Source: an uncultured Chloroflexia bacterium (GTDB taxonomy: Bacteria; Chloroflexota; Anaerolineae; Anaerolineales; E44-bin32). Taken from it: a stretch of DNA of 64,000 nt. This document shows, in pieces, positions 10,004 to 20,733 of this stretch. Location: contig CAVSID010000001.1 of the NCBI GenBank assembly GCA_963727915.1, positions 665,927-729,926 on the forward strand. The letters run 5' to 3'. The translations under genes and the position numbers were made by a program. Position 1 is the first letter of the stretch. Each line of letters opens with the position of its first letter. The notes below the pieces were generated by a model. It did no database searches, was not told where the DNA came from, and worked only from the letters and a program-made list of their open reading frames with translations.

Positions 10004-12828
10004 TCAGGCAGCCGCCGGCAGGGCGGTCCTGCGGCCCATCGCCCACTTGGTGAGCTCGGCCGCCACGGATGGGATGACCAGGAGCGGCAGGATGATCTCC
10101 CACTGGGCCAGGGTCAACGGATAGGTGTCGAAGATTGGCTCGAGGACCGGGACGTAGATGGCCACCAGCAGGAGGAACAGCGACGACAGGCTGGCCAGGA
10201 CCATCGCCCGGTTGCTGAAGAACCCCAACCGGAACAGGGAGAAGGTCTCCGATCGCGCCGTGAAGGCCCGCAGCAGTTCCGAGAACGAGAGAGTGGCGAA
10301 AGCCATCGTCTCGGCGATCTGGGCATGGTCGGGGAAAGCCTTCAGTCCGATAAGATAGGCCGTCAGGGTGGCACCCGTAATCGCCACCGTCTGAACCGTA
10401 ATCCCCACTCGCATCATGCGGTTGATGATCGGCTCATCCGGCGGGCGGGGGGGCTTGTCCATCGTGTCCGGATCACCCTTCTCCATCCCAAGGGCCAAAG
10501 CGGGCGCCCCGTCCGTGATCAGGTTGAGCCACAGCAGCTGGATAGCCGTGAGCGGTGACGGCAGGCCCAACAGGATCGCCAGGAAGATGGTCATGATTTC
10601 GGCCACGTTGCATGACAAGAGGTAGTAGACAAACTTGCGGATGTTGGCGTAGATGATGCGGCCTTGCTCGACGGCAGCGACAATGCTCACGTAGTTGTCA
10701 TCGGTGAGCACCATGTCGGCCGTCTCCTTGGCCACGTCGGTGCCGGTGATACCCATTGCCACGCCAATATCGGCCCGCTTGAGCGCCGGCGCGTCGTTGA
10801 CCCCGTCGCCGGTCATGGCAACCACTTGTCGATGCGACTTGAGGGCGTCGACGATGCGGACTTTGTGCTCGGGAGACACCCGGGCGAAAACGTCGGTCTG
10901 CAGCACGCATTGGCGCAGGGCGGCGTCATCCATCTCCGCCAACTCGCGGCCGGTGGCGATCGCGTGACCCGGTTTGAGCAAGCCGATCTGCTCGGCCACC
11001 GCTCGGGCAGTGTCGGGGTAATCGCCGGTGATCATCACCGTGCGGATGCCGGCCCGATCGGCGGTTTGCAGTGCGTCCCTGACTTCCTCGCGGGGCGGGT
11101 CGATCATCCCGATCAGGCCCACGAAGGTCAGGTCCCGCTCCACAGCCTCCGGCCGGGAAGCCTCGGGTACGTCGACTTCGACACGATACGCCACTGCCAG
11201 AACGCGCAACGCCTGCTGCGCCATCTTCTCGTTGGCATCCAGGATCTTCGATCTCAGGTCGTCCGTGAGCGGCCGCTGCGAGTCATCGGCCGCCTGATAG
11301 CGAGAGCACAGTTCAAGGATGACCTCGGGGGCACCCTTCGTCGCCGCCACCTCCCACGCAAATAGCGACTGATCATAGAACGGACTGGCGTCCTCGGCGC
11401 GCTGGCGCCTTCAGACTGTGGATGGTCGTCATCCGTTTGCGGGCCGAGTTCGAAGGGGATCTCTTCGATCCGAGGATAAGCTTCGTACAGAGGTTCCTTC
11501 CAGATCCCAGCCTTGGCCGCCGCCAGCATCAGCGCCGCCTCGGTGGGCTCCCCGACGACCCGGAACCCCCCCTCGCCGTCGGGATCTCGCTCGATCACAG
11601 CATCGTTGTTGAGAGCTGCCACCCACAGGGCCGTGGTCAATGCGGGCAGGCTGTCGACCGAGATCGGTTTCCCGTCCAGCTTGAACTCGCCGCGAGGCTC
11701 ATTCCCCGGGCCGGTGATCTCGACCATCCGGCCGTCGACCCACACTCGGGTGACTGACATGCGGTTCTGGGTCAGGGTGCCGGTTTTGTCGGAACAGATG
11801 ACGGTGGTCGACCCTAGGGTTTCCACCGAGGAGAGCCGGCGGATAAGTGCGTTGCGGGAGATCATCTCGCGCATGCCAAGGGCAAGCGTGATGGTCACGA
11901 CCGCCGGCAGCCCCTCAGGCACGGCCGCCACCGCCAGGCTCACGGCCACCAAGAACATCTCCAGCGGATCGAAGCCCCGGAGCCAACCCAGGGCGAAGAC
12001 GGCGCCGCAGATCGCCAGCGCTCCCCATCCGAGCACACGCCCTAGCTGATCGAGCCGGCGCTGAAGCGGGGTCTCTTCGTTTTCGATTTCACTGATCATC
12101 CCGGCGATGCGGCCTAGCTCGGTCCGCATGCCGGTGGCCACAACCAGCCCCCGCCCCCGTCCGCCTGCGACGAGCGTTCCGGAATAGGCCATGTTCATTC
12201 GGTCCCCCAAAGACGCATCCACCAATTCGATGGGCGCCGTCTCTTTGCTCACGGTGCGCGATTCGCCAGTCAGAGCCGATTCGTCCACCCTGAGATTGAC
12301 GGCTTCGGACAAGCGTAGATCGGCCGGGGTGTAGTTCCCCGACTCGAGCAGGACGATGTCCCCCGGGACCAACTTGGACGAGGCGACCTTGTGCCGGTGG
12401 CCGCCGCGGATGACAAAGGCATCCGGGGCAGCCAGCTTCCGCAACGCCGCCAAGGCTTGCTCGGCCCGCCGCTCCTGGATCACCCCCAGGACGGCATTGA
12501 GCACCACAATCGCCATGATCGCCCCGGCCTCGAAGTAGTCGCCCAGAACAGCAGACACTACCGAGGCTACGATGAGCACGATGACGATGAAATTGTTGAA
12601 CTGGGCGACCAGGTTGTGCCAGAAGCCCGGCCGCGGCGCCTCTTGAAGCTCATTGGGGCCGAAATGCGCCAGGCGACCGTCGGCTTCCAACTGGGACAGG
12701 CCAGCATCCAAGGATGTGGCCAGGGCATCGGATGTCTCGGCGACATCCAGCATGTGCCACCGGCGTGGGTCCGCTTCCTGAGTGGCGTTGCCTTCGGTTG
12801 TCAGCTCAGCTGATCGGGAAGGTTCCAA
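10004..12828 (-). CDS. Cation-transporting P-type ATPase, type IIA (Ca2+/Mg2+-like), one apparent frameshift near 11300
   Basis: ICSDKTGTLTQNRM phosphorylation motif, TGES, MITGDYPDTA, MTGDGVNDAPALKRADIGVAMG hinge. Fragments 11254-12828 and 10004-11350 are collinear. Confidence 0.9.
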
Positions 12829-12875
12829 GACTAACCTCGCGGGGCTTGAAAGGGGATTGTCGGTAGTCGCCCGAG

Positions 12876-12884
12876 ATTATAGCA
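12876..12884 (-). promoter_or_regulatory. Extended -10 promoter TGcTATAAT for the P-type ATPase
   Basis: Minus strand reads GGATGCTATAATCTC. The same ATGCTATAATC context occurs upstream of icd. Confidence 0.45.
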
Positions 12885-12961
12885 TCCGGGCCATCGTCGT
12901 TGACTGACGCGCGGATGACACACAGGCGACGCCCGGGGCGAGGCCGGCCGTCTCTTCTGTT

Positions 12962-12977
12962 TGTGAGGATTTTCACA
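12962..12977. promoter_or_regulatory. Perfect CRP/FNR-like palindrome TGTGA-GGATTT-TCACA
   Basis: Between the phoU stop (12993) and the ATPase promoter. Confidence 0.5.
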
Positions 12978-12992
12978 TGTTGAGCGGGGGGG

Positions 12993-13691
12993 CTATTCCA
13001 TACCCATCAGTTCGTCTGGTTCGGGGTTGAGCTCGCGGATTTCGCCGCTTATCATATAAAGCACGCGCTCGGCGATATTGGTCACTCGGTCGGCAATGCG
13101 CTCGAGGTTGTGGCCAACGAACAGCAGATACAATGCCGACTCGGGTCCCATCCCGGGTTGGCCTATCAGGCCCAGGAACCTGGTGAACAGCTCCTGATAG
13201 CGCTGGTCCATCACGTCGTCCTTGCGGGCGATGGCCAGGGCAGCGGTGGCGTCTTGTGTCTTGTAGGCATCCAGCACCTGACGCAGCATAGCCAGCGACA
13301 AGTCATTCATGGCCTGCAGGGACACGGGCAGGGCGAAATCGGACTCGGCCGGCATGCGCAAACAAACCTTGGCGATGCCGGCAGCGTAGTCGCCGATGCG
13401 TTCCAGGTCCGTTACCACGTTCAGTGCCGCGACCAAACGCCGCAGGTCGCTCGCCGCCGGCTGCTGGGTGGCGATGGTCGAAAGACAGCTCTCTTCGATC
13501 TTGAAGCGCAGCTCATTGATGGCCTTGTCCCCCTCGACGACTTGCTCGGCTTGGCTGTGATTTCGGTGGACGAGGGCGCTCATAGCGCGGTCGACCGCCC
13601 GAATGACATCGTCGCCCAGGGTCATCAGGTTGTCCTGGATCTTGGCCAGGCTGCGGTCAAATGCCGGTCGGCTCTTGCCCATGGGTCTCAC
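12993..13691 (-). CDS. phoU: Phosphate signalling complex protein PhoU
   Basis: Intact 232 aa. Two PhoU repeats (E..D..IN.. / IGDYAAGIAK and LERIADRVTNIAE). Follows pstB. Confidence 0.9.
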   Translation of the reverse strand: MRPMGKSRPAFDRSLAKIQDNLMTLGDDVIRAVDRAMSALVHRNHSQAEQVVEGDKAINELRFKIEESCLSTIATQQPAASDLRRLVAALNVVTDLERIGDYAAGIAKVCLRMPAESDFALPVSLQAMNDLSLAMLRQVLDAYKTQDATAALAIARKDDVMDQRYQELFTRFLGLIGQPGMGPESALYLLFVGHNLERIADRVTNIAERVLYMISGEIRELNPEPDELMGME

Positions 13692-13716
13692 CTACTCGCG
13701 GCGGCTGGCAGGTTCC

Positions 13717-14622
13717 CTACCCGAACCGGCCGGTGACATAGTCTTCGGTCCGCTTGTCCTTGGGCCGGGTGAAGATCTTCTCGGTCTCATCAAACTCGAT
13801 CAGTTCGCCGGCGCGATCTTCGCGCATCATCATCATCCCGGTGAAATCGGACACCCGGGCGGCCTGCTGCATGTTGTGGGTCACGATGACGATCGTATAA
13901 GCCTGTTTGAGGTCCTGCATAAGGTCCTCAATGCGCATCGTGGCCACTGGATCGAGCGCCGACGCGGGCTCGTCCATCAGGATGACCTCGGGTTCGACGG
14001 CCAGCGCCCGCGCGATGCACATGCGCTGCTGCTGCCCCCCGGAGAGCGCCATCCCGGATTGGTTGAGCTTATCTTTGACCTCATCCCACAGCGCCGCCTG
14101 TTTCAGACTGAACTCGACCATCTCATCCAGTTCAGAGCGCCGCCGGATGCCGTACAGCCGCGGGCCGTAGGCCACGTTGTCGTAGATGCTCTTGGGGAAT
14201 GGATTGGGCCTCTGGAAGACCATCCCCACCCGCCGCCGGATGTCGACCACATCTGCCTGTGGCCCATAGATGTTCTCGTCGTCAAGGCGCACCGTGCCCT
14301 CGATCCTGGCCGTCGGCGTGAGATCATTCATGCGGTTAAGCGATCGCAGCAGCGTTGACTTGCCGCAGCCGGACGGACCGATGATGGCCGTGATGCGCTT
14401 CTCTGGGACCACCAGGTTGACCGCTGCCAGGGCGCGGAAGCTGCCGTAGAAGACGGAAAGCTCTTCCACCTCAACCTTGGCCGAATCTGGTTCCAGGATG
14501 GGCCGGTCGTTGGCCTGGCTTCGCTCTCGCACGATTTGAGCCGGCGTGAGCGGCGTCGGGGCATCGCCGTCGGCGTTGCCGATTTCATCCGCAGGGAGGC
14601 CGCTCAAGGCAATCTCAGACAT
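13717..14622 (-). CDS. pstB: Phosphate ABC transporter ATP-binding protein PstB
   Basis: Intact 301 aa. Walker [10 protein letters not shown], signature LSGGQQQR, Walker B ILMDEP, PstB-type C-terminus [10 protein letters not shown]. Confidence 0.95.
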   Translation of the reverse strand: MSEIALSGLPADEIGNADGDAPTPLTPAQIVRERSQANDRPILEPDSAKVEVEELSVFYGSFRALAAVNLVVPEKRITAIIGPSGCGKSTLLRSLNRMNDLTPTARIEGTVRLDDENIYGPQADVVDIRRRVGMVFQRPNPFPKSIYDNVAYGPRLYGIRRRSELDEMVEFSLKQAALWDEVKDKLNQSGMALSGGQQQRMCIARALAVEPEVILMDEPASALDPVATMRIEDLMQDLKQAYTIVIVTHNMQQAARVSDFTGMMMMREDRAGELIEFDETEKIFTRPKDKRTEDYVTGRFG

Positions 14623-14625
14623 AGG

Positions 14626-15588
14626 TCATCCTTGTAGTTTGGCGCTACGGTATTCCACCCACAGGCGAGAAAGAATGTTAACCACGAGCACCAGGATCAT
14701 CAGCACCAGTGCTACCGCCCAGGCCTGGTCGATTCGTTCTGGGTAGGGCTGCTGCGAGTACTTGAACAGCGTCAGAGGCAGCGAATCCACCGGCTGCTCC
14801 ACCAGCCGAACGATCACAGCTGAGTCGGGTTCTGCCCGGCTGCGATTCCGCTGGAGACCATGCGCCAAGCGTCCAGTCGTTCGTTGCCGAGCGCCGTGAA
14901 AAGCAGGGGCGCTGTCTCACCGGAGGCCCTGGCCAGCCCTAACAAGAAACCGGTGATCAGGCCGTTGGCGGCCGCCGGCAGCACGACGCTCAGGGTGGTC
15001 TTCCACTCCGACGCACCCAGCGCCAGTGATCCTTCACGCAGTGTCTTTGGCACCAGGTTGACCATTTCTTCGGTGGTGCGGATGATGATCGGCAGCATCA
15101 GGATCGCCAGCGCCACCCCGCCCGCCAGGGCCGAAAAGTGACCCTGCTGTTTTACGATCAGCGCGTAGCCGAACAGGCCGACTACGATCGACGGCACACC
15201 CGACAGCACGTCGGTGCTGAAGCGCACCGCCACCGACAGCGGATGCTGCGGATTGCGTGAAGCAAACACGCCGGCCAGCACCCCGGGCGGCATGGCGAAG
15301 ATCGCCGAAAGGACGGTCAGAATGATCGTCCCTTGAATGGCATGCAGTACGCCGCCGCCCGCCACCCCAAGCGGCGTCGGCATATGCAGGAAGAAGTCGA
15401 GGTTGATGTACCGGCCGCCGCGGACCACAACGTAGCCAATGATCCAGAACAGCGGGATCAGGGCCAGCAAGCGTCATCAGACCCGTCATCCCCAGCACGA
15501 CGGCGTTCACGACTCTCCGCCGCATGTGACTGGATTGGGTGCGGATCCGCGGCCGGCCCCGATCGCCGATGGATACATCGGCCGTCAT
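14626..15588 (-). CDS. pstA: Phosphate ABC transporter permease PstA (2 apparent frameshifts)
   Basis: MTADVSIGDRGRP... / LALIPLFWIIGYVVVRGG...EGSLALGASEWKT...ARASGETAPLLFTA / C-terminal fragment 14626-14868. ATGA overlap with the pstC stop. Confidence 0.85.
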
Positions 15589-16575
15589 GCTCGCTGCCCC
15601 CGTGTCGCAGGATTGGCCACCCGCCAAACAAGCAAGCGGGCAACGGCATTCAGAATCAAGGTCAAGACAAAGAGAATGAGGCCGACTTCGATCAGGGCCG
15701 AAGTGTGCAGTTTGGTGACCGCCTCGGCGAATTCGTTGGCGATCACGCTGGACATGGTATAGCCCGGCCGTAACAGCGATGCCGAACCCTCAAGCGAATT
15801 GCCGATGACCATCGTCACGGCCATGGTTTCGCCCAGCGCACGGCCCAATCCGAGGATCACCGCCCCCAGGATGCCGGACATCCCATAGGGGATCAGCACC
15901 TGGAAGATCATCTCCCATTGCGTGGCGCCAAGCGCAAGGGCAGCTTCGCGTTGCGAGCCAGGGATGGCCCGGAAGACGTCCCGGCTGACGGCGGCGATGG
16001 TGGGCAGGACCATGATCGCCAATATCAGCGTGGCGGCCAAGCGGCTGGAGCCGCTCTGCGGCACAGGCCCAGCAAACAGCGCCCCGAGTACAGGTAATCC
16101 GTTGAAGGCCTGATTGAGAAATACTCCCACCGGCGCCACGACCAGGGGCAGAAAGACGAAGATCCCCCACAGGCCGTAAATCACGCTGGGGATGGCCGCC
16201 AGCAACTCGACCATCCACCCCAACGGTATGCGCAGCCAGTTCGGCGCCAGTTCGGCCAGAAAGACGGCAATCCCCAGGCTCATCGGCACCGCCAGAATCA
16301 AGGCGGCAAAGGACGTGATCAGGGTGCCGTAGATAAAGGGCCACGCATCGAACTCACCGCTGACAGGATTCCAGGATGCGTCCAGCGTGGGACGGAGGAA
16401 GGCCCACCCAAAGGCCTGGCGTGAATCCGACGATGTCGGTCCAAAGCAGGATGGCGAAGCCGATCAACAGCAGCAGACACGATGAGCGACTGAGGCCACG
16501 AGCAGCGCTGCGCCAGGGCAAGTCGCCATGGTCTAGGAGTTGGTTGAATTGCTTCAGCCAGACTGGGCGGTCCAT
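15585..16575 (-). CDS. pstC: Phosphate ABC transporter permease PstC (apparent frameshifts near 16300-16400)
   Basis: 15585-16301 carries FLAELAP...REAALALGATQWEMIFQVLIPY...GRALGETMAVTMVIGN. N-terminal TM fragment in 16354-16575. Confidence 0.85.
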
Positions 16576-16629
16576 CTCAGGTTATGCGCTCCCGGACCAA
16601 CGAAACTTGCGTGTGTAGAGGGCGGGCAC

Positions 16630-16663
16630 GTGGAGGGGCCGGCGAAAGCCACGGCCCCTCCAC
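16630..16663 (-). other. Intercistronic GC-rich stem-loop between pstS and pstC (12-bp perfect stem, 10-nt loop)
   Basis: GTGGAGGGGCCG-gcgaaagcca-CGGCCCCTCCAC. No U-tract. Confidence 0.6.
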
Positions 16664-16704
16664 AGGTCCCATTGCCGGAGTGTATATGTTTTCAGACGAC
16701 AGAG

Positions 16705-17838
16705 CTAACTCCCCGTTGCCGGCATGACGGCACTGCCGTCGCATGTCACCTGCGCCCAGCTTGTCCAGAACCTGGCGCGCACAGTATCCGGGAGAACGGC
16801 GTACCCCAGATCGGCGGCTCGCTTGGCGGCGCCGGGATCGGTCAGGGTCCAGTCGATGTACTCGAGCAGCTTCTTGTCCTTGACACAGTCCCCGCTCCAT
16901 CTGGGTGTGCAGCACCAGGTAGGTGTAGCCGGCGATCGGCCAGGACTGCGCGTCCGGGGCCATCGACGATGACCGTCGTTAGTTCAGGGGTGAAGGCGTC
17001 GGCGAAGTCTGCCATGGCCGACTGCAGAGTGTCGGCCGTGGCGTCGAGTGTGCTGCCGGCCTTGTTCTGCAGCTGGGCGTGAGGGATCTTGTTGGACACG
17101 GCGTAGGAGAGCTCGACATACCCGACGAGTTGGGGGTGTTCTGGACGGCAGCTGCTACGCCCTGGTTGCCCTTGCCGCCGATGCCGTTGCCGTCCTTGTC
17201 GACGGGCCACTCGACCGACGGGCCGAAGCCGACATTGTCCGCCCAGTCCTGGCTGACGGAGGCAAGGAAGCGGGTGAAGATCTCGGTCGTGCCGGAGCCG
17301 TCCGAGCGGTGGACAGCGGTGATGGCTGGCATTCGGGAGCTTGCTGGCCACAGCCGGGTTCAGGGCCGTGATGGCCGGATCGTTCCACTTGGTGATCGAG
17401 CCGTCGTAGATTCCAACCATGACGTCGCGGCTGAAGACCAGGGGCGGGTCGTCGGCCGCCAATCCATCGATGTTGTAGATCATGACTTCGGCGCCGGCCA
17501 CGGCCGGGTACATCTGAAGATCCTTGCCGGCGTCGTATTCGGCCTGGGTAAGCAAGGAGTTCGGAGCCAGCGAAATCGACGGTGCCATCGACGATGGCTT
17601 TCTTGCCGCCGCCCGAGCCGATGCCCTGGTAGTTGACGCTGACGGAGGGGTCGACATACTGATAAGCGTAGGTCCACTCGGTGTAGACCGGAAGCGGGAA
17701 AGTGGCGCCCGCCCCATTGATCTGCACCGATCCCGCCGGAAGATCGCCGGAGGGCTTGTGCTCCCGAACCGCCGCCACAGGCCGAAAGGGCCAGGCCCAG
17801 AATCAGGCTGCCCAACAAGGCGCGTCGAATGGATTGCA
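16705..17838 (-). CDS. pstS: Phosphate-binding lipoprotein PstS (at least 5 apparent frameshifts)
   Basis: MQSIRRALLGSLILGLALSACGG lipobox. Collinear fragments GSVQINGAGATFPLPVYTEWTYAY...YQGIGSGGG, ITAVHRSDGSGTTEIFT, VGYVELSYAV, WPIAGYTYLVLH. Stop TAG at 16705 in the final frame. Confidence 0.85.
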
Positions 17839-17884
17839 TGGCCGTCTTCTTCTCCTTGGAAGCTGACGATGGAAACATGCGACC

Positions 17885-17937
17885 AGTGTAGGAGCGGAGG
17901 TTTAATCGGACGTCAAGAGGGGGTTAAGGCTCCTTAA
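17885..17937 (-). promoter_or_regulatory. Candidate Pho-box array plus -10 upstream of pstS
   Basis: Minus strand: TTAAGG, TTAACC, TTGACG, TTAAAC at 10-11-11 bp spacing (17937-17900), then 9 nt and TACACT (17890-17885). Confidence 0.4.
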
Positions 17938-18316
17938 CCAACGCACCTGCCTGAATTCGGCAGGTGCGATAGGGGAAGGAGGAGAGAACGACGCATGCGG
18001 CCGCAAAACCGCTCCGAGCGAGGGGCTCCGCCCGCTTTCTACCGTCACATTGAGACATGCGGTCGGGCTTTTTCAGACCCGACTCCGGCCGGCCTTGCAC
18101 ATACCTCACAAAACCTTCGAAGTCCATTTCCGGCCGGGCCCCGGCTCACGCCGTGAGCGCAAGTTCATCCCATCTTGCATTGCGGGCGGGCCACCCTTCG
18201 GCTTGTGCTCGACGCCGTCTGTGGCGAGATCGGTCTGTGTCGGCGCAAGCCTCGTCGGCTCTCGTTGTACGCTATTCATCATAGGACGATCTTCTTTCGG
18301 ATGCCTTAAGGGGAGA

Positions 18317-19513
18317 TCAAGGCTGGATTAAGCCTTGCTGAGCACAGAAGCGACCACTCAGGCCGCCTGAAACCTGCAAGTGGAAGGCTGCCCCGTTCTC
18401 GGGCGGTCGGCGGTTCTCCGCCCAGATGCGGCCGCCATGCGCTTCCATAATGTGGCGGGCGATGGCCAAGCCCAGCCCCGTGCCGGGCGTGCCGCGGGCT
18501 TGATCGCTGCGGTAGAAACGCTCGAAGATGCGGTTGAGATCCTGAGGCGCTAATCCGGGACCTTCGTCTTCGACTGTCAGGCAGACATCGCCATCCTCCG
18601 GCTCTGGCGCTAAGCCAGATCGTGCCCCCCTCCGGGGAGAACTTTATGGCGTTGTGCAGCACATTGACCAGGCCGCGAACGGCGCGCTCTTCGTCCGACC
18701 AGTACCCGCAGTGACGTGCGAGTTCACGAATCTCGACCTCGATGCGGCGCCGGTCGGCCTGATCCTTGAAGTCGGGACGCAGCCTCTTGAGCAGCGCCCC
18801 GGCGTCGACGGGCCTGAGGCGAACGACCTCGTGCCCGACTCGATCGCCGCCAGGTCCAGCATCTCCTGCACCATGGTCTGCAGCACATCGACCTGATCCA
18901 ATATCTTGTCGATCAGATTGGCGCGCCACCTCTGGGTCCTTTCCTGGAGGACCGGAGAGGGTCTCGGCCAGCAAGCGCAGGGATGTCAGCGGCGTGCGCA
19001 GTTCGTGGGAGAGGTTGCTGACCAGGTCCTGCCGGGCGCGGTTGAGACGAATGAGTTCGGTGGTCTCGTTGAGACGCCAGGACGACGCCACCTTCGAAGC
19101 GCACACAGCGCAGGTCGAAGGAGCGGTTGTCCCGACGAAAGCCGCCTTCCTGGACCTCGCCGACGGGCGTCTCCAGGCCCTGGCGGGCCAGCTCCTCCAG
19201 TTCCACAGCCCGGGTGAACCGCATCAGCGATTGACCGACGCCTTCTCCCCGAAGAAGGTCTCGGCAACCCGGGCTGGCGTAGGTGACCATCAGATCGTCG
19301 TCCAGGATCATGATCAAGATCGTGGGTTGCCTGACCGACGCGCTCCAGTTGCCGCCGTTGGCGGTCGAGTTGGCGTAGGTGCGTTTCGGCGAGCTGCTGG
19401 TCGTGTTGCAGCGCATCGGCCTGGCCCAGCCGGCGCCGCCGCTCACGCTGCCAGAGCGGCAGCCAAGGCCAACGACTGCGCCGGCCAGGACGATGATGAT
19501 CCCAGGTTTCCAC
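18317..19513 (-). CDS. Sensor histidine kinase, PhoR/SenX3-like (at least 5 apparent frameshifts)
   Basis: GTG 19513, TM helix KPGIIIVLAGAVVGLG, PAS-like part (LIMILDDDLMVTYASPGCRDLL), H-box LVSNLSHELRTPLTSL, N-box VNVLHNAIKFSPEGG, G-box fragments GTGLGLAIARHIMEAHGG in another frame. Exact 3' end uncertain (18306-18317). Confidence 0.8.
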
Positions 19514-19514
19514 G

Positions 19515-20198
19515 TTATCCTTCGAAGCGGTAGCCCACGCCCCGCACCGTGGTGATTCGGTGCGGGTCGGAGGGGTCGGCTTCGATCTTCTGCCGCAGCC
19601 AGCGGATGTGGACATCGACGGTGCCGGGCGTCGCCAACGTAGTCATCGCCCCACACACTGGCCAGCAGAAAGTCCCGCGTCAGTACGGCATCCTTGTTGC
19701 GCATCAGGGTCGCCAAGCAATTCGAATTCGCGCGGCGCCAACTGCAACTCTCTACCTGTCCAGAACCACCCGCCGGGAGACCAGATCGAGCGTCAGGTCG
19801 CCGGAATGAAATGTCGCTCGGCGGGCGGCGGATCGGTCTTGCCCTCGCCGCAGGGCGGCCCGGATCCGAGCCAGGAGCTCACCCAGGGAGAACGGCTTCA
19901 CCACGTAATCGTCGGCCCCGGTTTCCAAACCGACGATCTTGTCCGTCTCGGTTCCTCGCGCTGTCAGCAGGATCACTGGTACCCGGGATTCTCGCCGCAG
20001 GATTCGCAGCAGGGTTAGGCCATCGAGCTTGGGGAGCATGACGTCCAGCACCACCAAGTCGGGGCCAATCCGCCGCGCCTTCTCCAGGGCCAGCTCGCCG
20101 TCCTCGGCCGTCTCTACTTCATAACCCTCCGACCGCAGATTGAGCGCCAGCGTTTCTCGGACGGTGGGATCGTCTTCGACGATCAGGAGTTTGGTCAC
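19515..20198 (-). CDS. OmpR/PhoB-family response regulator (about 2 apparent frameshifts)
   Basis: [21 protein letters not shown]...[14 protein letters not shown]...DDYVVKPFS receiver. Winged-helix tail [18 protein letters not shown]...[13 protein letters not shown]...[10 protein letters not shown] recovered in other frames. Confidence 0.85.
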
Positions 20199-20205
20199 GC
20201 GCTCG

Positions 20206-20211
20206 ATTATA
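20206..20211 (-). promoter_or_regulatory. -10 TATAAT placed 7 nt upstream of the response-regulator GTG (leaderless or near-leaderless)
   Basis: Minus strand reads GCTATAATCGAGCGC-GTG. Confidence 0.45.
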
Positions 20212-20220
20212 GCCGCGGCC

Positions 20221-20730
20221 TTATGCCCTCGTTTGACGGTTGCCGTTGAATGGCTCGTACTGCCGCCCTCCGGCTTGGGTCAACGTCGGGGCCGGACCCG
20301 GCCAGCAATCGTACGCTGGCCACCCAGGATAAGCTGCGGCCACTGCCCGATCCGAAGCTCCGACCTGACGAACGGTGGCTCGAATGTCAGCGGACTGCCG
20401 TAGGGCATCCATCGGGCGGAATGAACGAAGATCAAACCCCGGCCAATTCCTGCCTTTTCGACCGGCGTCAGTGCTGCCTGCGAAATACCGTACAACCCAT
20501 GCAGACTGCCAAGGCGAGTCGGCCATGTTGAACACCACATCGGCCGCTACCAACAGGCAAACCAACCCAATTGTGACCAACCGACGAGCGCTGCTTGCCC
20601 GCGAAGCTCCTTTGTGAAGCCCGCCGCCCACCCACACAATCCCCGCCGCGCTGATGACCATCAATCCCGGCAAAACGGCGTGGGGGCCGAGAAGCCAACG
20701 GCCGTTCCAGCACCGGCCATACGCCCCCAC
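20221..20730 (-). CDS. Hypothetical protein (weak call)
   Basis: 169-aa ORF with two hydrophobic stretches (VLPGLMVISAAGIVWVGG, LVTIGLVCLLVAADVVF). No recognisable family. Could be non-coding. Confidence 0.25.
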   Translation of the reverse strand: MGAYGRCWNGRWLLGPHAVLPGLMVISAAGIVWVGGGLHKGASRASSARRLVTIGLVCLLVAADVVFNMADSPWQSAWVVRYFAGSTDAGRKGRNWPGFDLRSFRPMDALRQSADIRATVRQVGASDRAVAAAYPGWPAYDCWPGPAPTLTQAGGRQYEPFNGNRQTRA

Positions 20731-20733
20731 AGG

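Noticed and set aside
17924-18127. 67-aa minus-strand ORF in the gap upstream of pstS.
   Set aside because: It has no RBS and its composition is not protein-like. It overlaps the predicted regulatory hairpins.
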